DNA of 64,000 nucleotides. Origin: Anolis carolinensis. Lineage: Eukaryota. The notes beneath the pieces were generated by a model that saw nothing but the letters and a program-made list of their open reading frames with translations, was not told the origin of the DNA and searched no databases. This document shows positions 37,001-47,297 of the stretch, piece by piece (within the stretch, counting starts at the first letter, position 1; every line of letters begins with the position of its first letter). Location of the stretch: the NCBI RefSeq assembly GCF_035594765.1, contig NW_026943824.1, forward strand, positions 8,875,451 through 8,939,450. The letters are read 5' to 3'. Position numbers and translations under genes: made by a program.

Positions 37001-40000
37001 TTAAGACAAATATACAAATGGAAGAGGACGGGTTAGGCTTAATACTCATCCAAAATGGGCCCTACCTCCAGATTGCAAGTCTAGTAGAGAAGAGCGCAGC
37101 AGAAAGAGATGGAAAACTGCAATCAGGTAAGGAAGTAGCCTATCCCTGGCTATGTTTAGTAAAAGCAAAATGTGATCTCACTCCAGTTGATCGAATGCTT
37201 TGTTGCCTTGGTGTGTCATTCAACCTTCTTTGCTACTCTCACCAGGGGATACACTTCTGAAGATCGGACATGCGAATGTTTTAGGATGGACCCTGCGAGA
37301 GCTCAGGCAACTTTTGCACAACACCCCCATTGGGACAGTTCTGCAGATCCAGGTTTACAGAGATTTTATGAAGCTGCCCAAGAGATGGGAAGCTGCTGTC
37401 AACAACATTCCTGAAATAAGGGGACCTGAGATCGAAGAGTAAGGATCTGCACATTCCCGAGAGGCATTCTGGGGGATCCTGGGCCAATATAGTTCCTTGA
37501 AGGGTGAATCTGGACTAGAACTGAGAGCCGAGTGGAAGAAGGCTTTGTCTCTATGTCTTTGGGGAGTGTTAGGAAAAATCCTGCAGAACCACAGCTGGTC
37601 AATACAGATCAGGACTCGGAAACTTTAGAGCAGGGTCTTCACATTTTTTAAGCCAAGGGCTGGTTCAAGGTCCCTCAGACTGTTGGGGGGTTGGACGATA
37701 GTTTGAAAATATCAAAGAACAATACAATATTTCAAATGAAGAACAATTTTAATCAACATAAGCTTACCAGTAAAAGGAACCCCGGTGGCGAAGTGTGTTA
37801 AAGTACTGAGCTGCTGAACTTGCACACCAAAGGTCCCAGGTTCAAATTCCGGGAGTGGCGTGAGCTGCCGCTGTTAGCTCCAGCTTCTGCCAACCTAGCA
37901 GTTCGAAAACATGCCAATGTGAGTAGATCAATAGGTACCGCTCTGGCGGGAAGGTAATGGCGCTCCATGCAGTCATGCCAACCACATGACCTTGGAGGTG
38001 TCTACGGACAACGCTGGCTCTTCGGCTTAGAAATGGAGATGAGCACCAACCCCCAGAGTCAGACATGATTGGACTTAACGTCAGGGGAAACCCTTACCTT
38101 AAGCTTACCCGTAATTTTAATGGGAAGTGTGGGACTGCTTTTGGCTGATGAGAGAGTCAAGTTAATTAGGATTGTTATTATGTATCTTCAAGTTGTTTCT
38201 GACTTAGGGCAATCCTAAGTTTAGGGCAAGGTCTTGGATGGTCATATCCGGGCCATGGGTCTTCATTTGGGGACTCCTGGTTTAAAGGGCGATGGTTCTA
38301 TTTCCCCATCACTTCTGTACTTGCATTAGGTCAATTCTGATTTTGAACAATTACGTTGTCAGGAGGTCTGTGCTTGTTTACATCCCTTTTTTAATCTCGC
38401 ATCTTTGTTTGGCAATCTAATTTCGGGGAGAAGTGAGGGCTGCATGCAGCTTATGTAATTCTCATCCTGGCATATTCCATATATGGATCAGTGCATTACT
38501 CAATATAAGACATCTTGCCTGTGGTGAAGGCACTATTTCCCCTTGTTTTTCCTGACTTGAGAAACTTCAAGTCATTTCTGGCATGAGAGAATTGGCCGTC
38601 TGCAAGGACGTTGCCCAGGGGACGCCTGGATGTTTGATGTTTTACCATCCTGTGGGAGGCTTCTCTCATGTCCCTGCATGGGGAGCTAGAGCTGACAGAC
38701 GGGAGCTCACCCCACTCCCCAGATTCAAACCACTGACTTTTCAGTCAACAGTCCTGCTGGTACAAGGATTTAACCCATTGCGCCACTGGGGGCTCAATTT
38801 TCCCACTGAAAAGTAGCAGATAAACCAACCAGCAGTAGGTTGCTGTGAGTTTTTCGGGCTGGATGGTCATGTTCCGGGAGAGAAAGCTTCTGGAACATGG
38901 CCATACAGTCCAAAAGATACACAGCAATTCCGTGATTCCAGCCATGAAAGTCATCGACACCAGCAATGTGTTGTCGAAGGCTTTCATGGCCAGGATCACA
39001 GGGTTGTTGTATGTTTTTCGAGCTGTGTGGCCATGTTCCAGAAGTATTCTCTCCTGACGTTTCACCCACATCTATGGCAGGCATCCTCAGAGGTGGCCTG
39101 CCATAGATGTGGGTGAAACGTCAGGAGAGAATCCTTCTGGAACATGGCCACACAGCCCGAAAGACATACAACGACACCAGCAATGGTTTTATACTAAAGA
39201 TAATGTGGCTAGATATTCTCTGCTATGTGGTCAGCTCTATGTAAGTTTCACAAAATCCACAAAATCATTCTGATAACTGTGGGAAGGGAGTATGGTTACA
39301 TTGGGGACCTCCAGCGAAGATTAACAATTGGGTTGGTTTTTGCAAGGAGCACTTCTCTTTGCGACAACCTCTGCTTGGTTTAAACAACATTTCAAGATCC
39401 ACATAGCATTGTTTCCAAAACTTGCAGTAGCATTGCCCTGGCTTTCTGTAAACACTCAGTGGAATTAATTTGTGTTTAACAGTCTTTCCTATCCTAGTGA
39501 TTAATGTGGACATTTATTACACCAAACAGATGTTTTCTCCATCTCCAAAGAATTGTATTGTTAAGTTACATAAGGAATGGAGAAAACAAGTAATGGAAAG
39601 CTCGGCTGGCAGACAAAACCAGCAGCTGTATTCTTCAAAAATTGGAAGCACTTCCTAGTAAAATACCTTGACTGGAGTCAGCTTTTTTATAAGGGCATTA
39701 TCACCAAACAGGAACACAGGAAGACCATTTTTCCAGCTCATGGTTGTCTGTATGTCTTTTCTACGGCTCTCTAACGTTTCAGAGAAGGATCGTATCTTGA
39801 GAAATAAGGTATTTTGTAAAAGTAATTGCATTGTAAATTTTAGGACATCAAGCTGTGCCAGCGAAGAAGCGTGGACAAGCAGCGAAGGCTCTGATGAGAT
39901 TGTTAGTGACCACCTTCCTTGCAGTGGTGGCAACGAAGAGGACAAAGTGGCACGCGAGTCCAACACAGTCTGCTTCGATGAGGACGGCATCTGCACTCGA

Positions 40001-40360
40001 ACTGGAGTCACAGGGGCTCCTGTCAGCAGCAGAAGTGTCCACTCAGAGACTTTTCCTAATGTGAGGGCTGTACAGTCAGTTTCTTTTGAGCCTTCTAACC
40101 AACCAAAATGGATCTCTAAAGACTGGCACATCGTTGAAAGGAAAACATATACATTTACTGTGGGTTCAGATATTGGTTGCGACATCATGATTCATACAGA
40201 TTCTAAAGAGGAAAATGAAATGGATATTTCAAGTTCGTATGTAACCTCTTCCTCACCATACTGGACTATGGAAAAACATCATGTGGGTGCGTCATCAGGG
40301 TCTTCATCTTCTGTTTCTGATGCATTTTGGCTTGATAAGCATGCTTACGAATATGAATAA
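30400..40360 (+). CDS. PDZD9: PDZ domain-containing protein 9; conserved exons 36953-37126, 37246-37438, 39844-40360, plus candidate 5' exons 30400-30667, 31330-31383 and possibly 33492-33551 (401 or 421 aa)
   Basis: [50 protein letters not shown] and SDAFWL all match recalled PDZD9 sequence; lies between MOSMO and UQCRC2 as in mammals. Confidence 0.85.
30463..30588 (+). repeat. 36-bp coding tandem repeat (3.5 copies), RRRSSSPRR(P/L)SY
   Basis: Units start at 30463, 30499, 30535 and 30571. Confidence 0.93.
30862..31118 (+). mobile_element. tRNA-derived SINE
   Basis: GGTGGCGCAGTGG A-box and GGTTCGAATCC B-box; related copy on the minus strand at about 38563-38795. Confidence 0.75.
31330..31383 (+). 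CDS. PDZD9: Candidate PDZD9 54-nt exon ([18 protein letters not shown])
   Basis: ttgttttctctacAG acceptor and consensus CAG|GTGAGT donor; phase 1-1; open frame. Confidence 0.65.
32046..32860. mobile_element. hAT-type non-autonomous element
   Basis: TIR CAGGGGTCCCCAAACT and 8-bp TSD CTCTAGAA. Confidence 0.88.
32178..32560 (+). mobile_element. R4/Dong-clade non-LTR element 3' fragment with duplicated tail, inserted in (TAA)n
   Basis: [16 protein letters not shown]...[16 protein letters not shown], flanked by TAA microsatellites. Confidence 0.7.
32965..33287. mobile_element. CAGTAGAG MITE
   Basis: TIRs and TA TSD; interrupts the DIRS-like terminal repeat. Confidence 0.9.
33492..33551 (+). CDS. 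PDZD9: Candidate PDZD9 60-nt cassette exon ([20 protein letters not shown])
   Basis: Poly-C tract plus ttctcAG acceptor, GTAAGA donor, phase 1-1, open frame. Confidence 0.4.
33787..34439. mobile_element. Tc1/mariner-type MITE, second family
   Basis: TIR C.GT.TATACTCGAGTATAAGC, TA flanks; second copy at 62134-63022. Confidence 0.8.
35148..35470. mobile_element. CAGTAGAG MITE inside L1
   Basis: TIRs and TA TSD. Confidence 0.9.
35715..36596 (+). mobile_element. Solo LTR (Gypsy-like), 882 bp, inserted into an L1 remnant
   Basis: TGTGA...TGACA termini, 5-bp TSD ATAAT on both sides, AATAAA at 36529-36534. Confidence 0.85.
36953..37126 (+). CDS. PDZD9: PDZD9 exon, N-terminal half of the PDZ domain
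   Basis: tttAG acceptor, CAG|GTAAGG donor; [34 protein letters not shown]. Confidence 0.9.
37246..37438 (+). CDS. PDZD9: PDZD9 exon, C-terminal half of the PDZ domain
   Basis: accAG acceptor, GTAAGG donor; [41 protein letters not shown]. Confidence 0.9.
37776..38100 (+). mobile_element. Sauria SINE, near full length
   Basis: tRNA-like A/B boxes (GGTGGCG..., GGTTCAAATTCC) and ACCTT tail; related copies near 52361, 54549, 57169, 58536 and 62481. Confidence 0.85.
38838..39172. mobile_element. Double fold-back Penelope-like element
   Basis: Four alternating arms; 13-bp direct repeat GACACCAGCAATG at 38956 and 39173. Confidence 0.7.
39053..39093 (-). ncRNA. Minimal type I hammerhead ribozyme motif (Penelope-associated)
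   Basis: Minus strand reads CCTCTGAGGATGCCTGCCATAGATGTGGGTGAAACGTCAGG. Confidence 0.6.
39844..40360 (+). CDS. PDZD9: PDZD9 last coding exon
   Basis: tttAG acceptor in phase 2; [32 protein letters not shown]; TAA at 40358-40360. Confidence 0.85.
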
Positions 40361-40445
40361 ACAGGCAAAAGTTTTGTACTTCCAGGAACTGGGTCTCTCC
40401 TGGATCTTTCTCACACTTGCCATCCTGCAACTAATAATAAGATTG

Positions 40446-40773
40446 GGGTTGTTGTATGTTTTCTGGGCTGTATGGCCATGTTCCAGAAGCATTCTCTCCT
40501 GACATTTTGCCCACATCTATCACAGGTATCCTCAGAAATTGGAAACTAGGCAAATGGAGTTTATATATCTATGGAATAATGTCCAGGGTGGGAGAAAGAA
40601 CTCTTGAGAAACCCCACTTAATGCCTAGTTTCCAACAGACCTCACAACCTCTGAGGATGCCTGCCACAGATGTGGGTGAAACGTCAGGAGATAATGCTTT
40701 TGGGACATGGCCATACAGCCCGGAAAACATACAACAACCCTGTGATCTCAGCCATGAAAGCTTTCGACAACAC
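40446..40773. mobile_element. Penelope-like fold-back element just downstream of the PDZD9 stop
   Basis: Inverted arms at about 40446-40560 and 40610-40740. Confidence 0.72.
40648..40688 (+). ncRNA. Minimal type I hammerhead ribozyme motif (Penelope-associated)
   Basis: CCT-CTGAGGA-stem II (GCCTGC/GTGGGT)-GAAA-CG-TC-AGG; the conserved core boxes are intact. Confidence 0.6.
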
Positions 40774-40995
40774 AACTGATGATCTGAAAACCTGGTTTTT
40801 GAAACAAGGGATGTCCTTTTAATGTGGCACAGGGAATAACAATCTTGCAGACATTGTTTTTCAATGTCTATTAGACAAACTTCAGACTATAACTGCAAGA
40901 CTAGCATGCAGTTGTTTTCCACTTTTAAAGGTAATAGCATGAACTTCAAGATAATTCTAATGTACTAAAATGAATCCACTTTAAAAAATCTATTA

Positions 40996-41318
40996 CAGTA
41001 GAGTCTCACTTATCCAACATTTGCTTATCCAACGTTCTGGATTATCTAACGCATTTTTGTAGTCAATGTTTTCAATACATCATGATATTTTGGTGCTAAA
41101 TTCGTAAATACGGTAATTATTACGTAGCATTACTGCGTACTGAACTACTTTTTCTGTCAAATTTGTTGTATAACATGATGTTTTGGTGCTTAATTTGTAA
41201 AATCATAACCTAATTTGATGTTTAATAGGCTTCTCCTTAATTTCTCCTTATTATCCAACATATTTGCTTATCCAACGTTCTGCCGGCCCGTTTATGTTGG
41301 ATAAGTGAGACTCTACTG
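40996..41318. mobile_element. CAGTAGAG MITE
   Basis: TIRs and TA TSD. Confidence 0.9.
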
Positions 41319-42558
41319 TACTTGCAAGCATCCATATGTTGAGGTCAGGAATGATAGGGGAGTTAGGATATCGTCAGGAACAATAGGGGAGTTGTTCTAA
41401 ACTTCTAACCGCAACCCTATTTGCAAAATGTATGTGTATGCTAGAATTCTTGGCCGGTTTGCTGGCCTCTTTTGTGTAGCCATATGGTTGTCAAACTGCA
41501 CATGAGAATCATGTTGGCTAGAGTTTCCCCAGTCATACAAAGCTGCTCCTTGTCTTCTATATTTTTTAATTAACTTTATCTCATCTTTCCATACACCCCC
41601 CAAAACCCCTTAAAAACAAGCAAGACACTTTTAAACATTTGATGAAGCTCCACAAGTTTGGGATTTAAGGCCGTTAATAATTCCCTAATTTAGATTTAAA
41701 GAGATACATGAACAGAATGAATTAGAATTCTAAAACATGTATACCTCTCATATTTCCATCCTACCAGATTCTACAATAAAGTGCAAATGAACCACAACTA
41801 AATTCAAATTGATTAACAGGGAAACAATGCCATTTAGAAAAAAGACAAACACACACCACCTCAAAGAAGTTGTAAAGTGGTCATCTAAAAGCTAGGAGAG
41901 ATAATGCCAAATATCTATGTGATTCACAGATTAGGGGCCCATCTCTGATCCTGTCCATACAGTGCCACCCAGCTGACTTTGCAAAAAGACCACCAAAATA
42001 ATCTTTAACAGATGTACAATACAGGAAAATGCAACCATCCATTAGTTACATCAGAGTCCAATCTTTCCACTAAACGGCACAGATTGCTTGTAAGTATTAC
42101 TATATTTCTTCAGTTGTAAGATGCCACTGACTGTAAGATGTGCCCCAATTTCAGTCCCACCACACCAATAAAAATACATAAGATACATCTGCGATTCTAA
42201 GACACACCTCATTTTTAGAGATGTTTTTAAAAGAAACATATGTCTTAGAATCGAAGAAATACAGTGGTTTTAAGAGATGCTATAAAGGAGGGAATGAGAG
42301 CCAGCATGATACCATGGTCTCAATACTGAACAAGGACAATGGGAGACCAGGGTTTCAATCCCTGCTCAGCCATAGAAATCCACTGGTAGGCCCTGGACAA
42401 GTCACATTCTCTGAGCCTCAGAGAAAACCAATGGCAGATCTCTGAATAAAGGTTGCTATAAGCCGGAATCAACTTGAGGGCACATAACTACAACAGACCA
42501 CAATGGATACAGAAGACACAGAGCTGCTAGGAATCCTGTAGGAATATGAGTTCTGAAC

Positions 42559-42564
42559 TTTATT
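42559..42564 (-). terminator. UQCRC2 polyadenylation signal AATAAA
   Basis: About 130 nt downstream of the UQCRC2 stop. Confidence 0.6.
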
Positions 42565-42692
42565 CCACCTGTGCGCACTGAGAGATCCAAAGCGCTAGGA
42601 ACTTATAAATAATAATGCAAGATGATAACAGGTGTCAATGCAACTGCCTTAGAACCGAGTTTGTTTTGAAGTTATTCCCCATGATTTAATTC

Positions 42693-42776
42693 TTACAACT
42701 CGTCAACAAAAGGAGTATGTGCCAAGTCCCCGCTAGCTGCCATTGACTTCTTTCCACTAGCAAATTTCTTTGCAGC
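42693..42776 (-). CDS. UQCRC2: UQCRC2 exon 14
   Basis: [27 protein letters not shown] then TAA, 84 nt. Confidence 0.96.
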   Translation of the reverse strand, partial: AAKKFASGKKSMAASGDLAHTPFVDEL

Positions 42777-45700
42777 CTGAAAATCAAGCAGAAAAATTGC
42801 ATATGAGGAAATGTTAACATTCAATGAAGCGCAAGAAACGCATTACAAAAATATCTCTAATCCTAAACATTCAATAAATTGTGTTGTTTCTAGTTAGAAT
42901 AATTTTGGGGCATGAAATCAATTCAAAATAAAATCAAAATCTTCTCATATTTCTACCAGATCTAGGCCTCCAAATGAACAATTATAAAAATGAGACGCAA
43001 AGCCACTCTTCGAGGACTGTGAGCACCCAAAACATGGGAAAATACTTTCACACTTAATGCCCCCAAATTAACAGCATATGCACTTGACAAATAATTTGAG
43101 TAGAGGACTCCACAGTCTAGGAGCCACTACACAGAAAACTCTGAGCACAACACATATTCCTTCTCAAACTAGAAGCATAAGAAGCAAAGCTCCAACATTG
43201 TGAGGACACAAAAAAGTAGGTAACTTATTTTGTCAGTAGCATTGAACGGCTCCCACTTCTCCATTCTCTAAATTCAGAGACAGAATTCTATTCAGTACAG
43301 TAGCTGATCATGCTATAACATTAGTTACTGGCACATGGCTTACATTCACAATGTCGGCGGTGGTCACAGCATCAATCTTCTCAACTATAGTGGCTGGTGA
43401 AGCATATGTCCCAGAGGCAAGGGCCTGGGAGCCAATTTCATCAAGCAAACCTTCTGAAGACTCAACAGACATCAAGAAAGCGGCCTTCAGCTGGTTTCTG
43501 TCAAAGGTTTGTGAAAAACAAAGGTGAGTTCAGCAATATCTCCTCCTTCATAAGTATCATGGACATTTCTAAGCTCTTTTTGAAAGGAAAAATGTGCTAT
43601 ATCTAATAGGTAACCAGTGATTTTTTTAAAAATCAGAATTGCAGATTAGAAGCAGCCGCCAATCCGAGACTAGCTACATATAAAGAAAAACCATCCCTGT
43701 ATGCAAACAACTGCTCCTGACAGGAATATAGTAAGAGGCTATTGTGGTTTTGAGCCACTCAGTCAGAATTTGTGTGGCAAGCAAAGCAGAAATGAGGCTG
43801 CCTTTTGGCTCTGGTGGTTTCTCGACATCTCTCAGAACCTATTGAGAAGGGAGGTGTTCCTAATCGCCAAATTAATTTTGTTTCTATTCAACAGATTGCC
43901 ACAAATTGCAAGATAAGAAATTATATCCCTTTTCGTTCATGAATCAGAAAATGTAGCCTGGTTTTATGAAAAGTTAAGTGTTTGACTCAAATGAGACAAT
44001 TATAATTCATGCAACATTTCTGGATTTTGAGCACACTTCCATCACCAAAATAGCTTTGGGAAGACAACTTACTTGGCTCTTGTGACTTCTGCATCAGTCA
44101 GTCCACCCTGGGAAATAGCCTTTGCCTGGCCTACTGCAGCTTTGATTACCTTGGTCCCAAAATACAAAAAAAAAAAAATATTTCTGTCTGCAGCAGTTTG
44201 AGTTGTCCTGTCCACGCCTAGGTGCCAAACACACATTTTGCTAAATACAAAAGATACTATCATGTATTAAAAGGCTTCTTGTGTGAATTTTGTAGATTCT
44301 AGAGGTAACTGGAAGGAGATATTAAGGACTTAACCTGTATGTAAAACATGTATTCAATTAACAATGTATACTCCTTTCCCAATTAGATCTACTTGTTCCT
44401 ACAGCTATAATCACCAAAGTTTCATGTGAGATTTCTGACAGGAGTGAATCCATCTCTCTATGCTAAGTAAAAGTTCATCGTTGTTATTTTTAGGATATCC
44501 TTCCTGGAATCAGAACACTACTGCCAGAAACACATCATTTATTTATTCAACTCCGTAAAGCAGAAGAAATTTATTCTCATCAAAACTTGCAGGTTGAATA
44601 AATTTCTAGGTAACTTGATTAAACAATGACATACCTCTCCAGCAACAGAAGCCTGAGAAATGGTATAAATCCCAAAGAGTCCAGAATCGGCATAATTCAC
44701 ATTAAATGCTGCTGCCTGCAAAATAAGTAATTTTGTTACTTAAAGCTGCTGGAATTGACACAGACCAGAATTTTTTTATTTTTCTTTCTTTCTTTGGTTA
44801 TGGAACTCTTGCCAATAACTATATTTTAAACTGTGTAATAATTTATTTGTATTCTCTAGAAATACATCTGAACTAAATAAATAGTTTTGGATTTATGATG
44901 TGTAAATAAGTTCAAATATTATTAAAATATTTTTAGAATATCTACTAACTGATTTTTGCATAAGGATCAAATATTTAGATGTGACAACACTGTCAGAACC
45001 CAAGGTCACAGTCCACTGAGAACTTGCAGCAAATACAACTCCCATTCATTAGAGAGGGATCTGTGCAAGAAATGCTATCTTCCCTGTGTGTTTTGCACAA
45101 AAACGGTACACAAAATCCTTCCAAAAATATACATGATATATTATTTCTCTCTTCCCTCTTCTTGCCTTGGTAAAATAATAAAAACAAGCCCAAGTACTTA
45201 CATCAAATGGCAAGGAAGATGCCTTTGAAATGGCCTGGGTAAGTTTACTAGTAACTCTGCTTCCTCTCTTAATAAGAGGCCCTGCCCCAAGAATATGTTG
45301 AAGGACACTGAATGCGTTTGCCTCGGCACTTCCTGTGGCAGCTCCTTCTGCTACAACAGCAGCGTGAACAAGGCTCTGGTCATTCTGCTCTCGGATTTCA
45401 CCTTCACAAAAGATAAGATGTTTTATCAACTAGTCAAAGTACTGTGCATCAACATTACTACTAAAATTGGTGAGCTGAGAATCCACTATGAATCTGCCTA
45501 GGAAACTATGTGTGTTGGAAAGGGCTATGGTGGACATTGTACTGTGCGTGCTGTATATTTGCCTATCAGCCAGTAAGTGCTTCCTTTAAAAAAATAACTC
45601 CCAAGCTGTAGAGCTCAATGGTGGTAGACATGTTTACTTTTGGGGAAATTTGCCTAAAGTTGCCAATTTAGTAAGTGAAGATCCCTCACCTTGTTTTCAA

Positions 45701-47238
45701 AAACAGCAGAATTCTCTGGAAATAGTTGGTAAAACCTGCATTTATGGTATAACGCAATTTCTTGGAATTATCCAATTACACTTTCAGCCCGTAGTGAACT
45801 CCTTTGCCATGAAGTATGGTGAGCACAGAGTTTAGAGCCCAACAGGACCTTAAGACCCAAAACACTGACAAAACATGTTGAGCAGGATTTTCAAAGCAGC
45901 CAAGAAAAGCTGTTCTACTTGATTCCTTAAAATGAGAACACAGCTGTAATTTGGCACTTGTCTGGGACAGCAAATCAGGGCCCACAGACCAGCATGATGT
46001 AGCAATGGGGACCCTTTGATTTGAACCTACTCCAGCTTGATTAAAATTTTGAATAGCCATAAAAATGATTGAGGGTCAAGTTCCATTGTTTATTCCACCA
46101 AAAGATTATTGTGATGGTGGGGTGGGTGGGAGGACACACAGGATTCTTAGTTCAGTAGCAGAGGATGTGCTGTCCTTGAAGAAGGTGCACAGAATCATAG
46201 AGTTGGAACGGACTACAAGGGACGTTGAGTTCAGCCTGCTTCTATCCTGGTAGCTTCAGTTAGCATTATCAGGCGAGTGACATAAAGGATCTCCCTCCAA
46301 TTCTGGGGTACAGCTGTCAATTAAACTGGATGATCTAGATTAGGGGGAGAGGACCATATGTCCTTCCAAATGGTGTTAAACTCCAACTCCTATTGTCACT
46401 CATTACCGGATATCTTGGCTAGAACAGATCAAACTTGCAATTCATCATCATTTGGTTGGCCACACTGCCTATTACTAATCCAGAGAATGACTTAAGATAT
46501 GACATTTTATGTTTCTCTAAAGACTAGACATCACTACTAATTCCTTGCCAGAGAATGTGGGTTAAGACAAACATATTGGGAAAAAATGGAATTGTAACCT
46601 TTTATAAATATAAACCTAGTATACATTAAGGGACATGAAAAAGCTATCTGTTCATACAGAGTTAAACAAAATACAATAACTGCAGGGCGGCAGTGCAAGG
46701 TTGCAAGCCAACAGATGGTTTCACAGCAAGAGGTTGGTTTGTAGGACAAACTTATTCATCAGCATAATTTATTAACAATATACTATTAGCATGGAAGAAC
46801 TCAGTGAAATGCATTTACCTCCACGATACTTGGCCTTCTCGCCAGCTAAGCCAGCTCCACTGCGAATATTTAAAAACTGTTCTCCCACTTGTTTCAAGTC
46901 AGAGTGGCTGACGCCTGTAAGAAATGCCTGAGTCAGACAGAACAATGCAGGACTTTTCTCTATTTAAAAGAATGCAGCACAGCTTTAAGACGCAGAGGAC
47001 AGCTGACGTACCTAGTCCCACCAGAGCCATTCGGGCACTTGTAAAGTTGTTCTGTACAAACTGGTGCAGCTATGATGGAGACAGGAATACACATTTTAAT
47101 ATTTTATCCAAAGAGTAGAAATGTGAGAAGAGTCCTGCAGGCTCACATCAAAGATACACCTTTATTTTTACCAGATGCCTCCCCATGGGGCCTTACTCCC
47201 AGTTCTTCAACATGTTGCATGTGAACTTAAAGGTTAAG

Positions 47239-47297
<59 letters not shown>

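Noticed and set aside
39783-39808. 26-nt micro-exon before the PDZD9 last exon
   Set aside because: It would leave a 35-nt intron and shift the frame.
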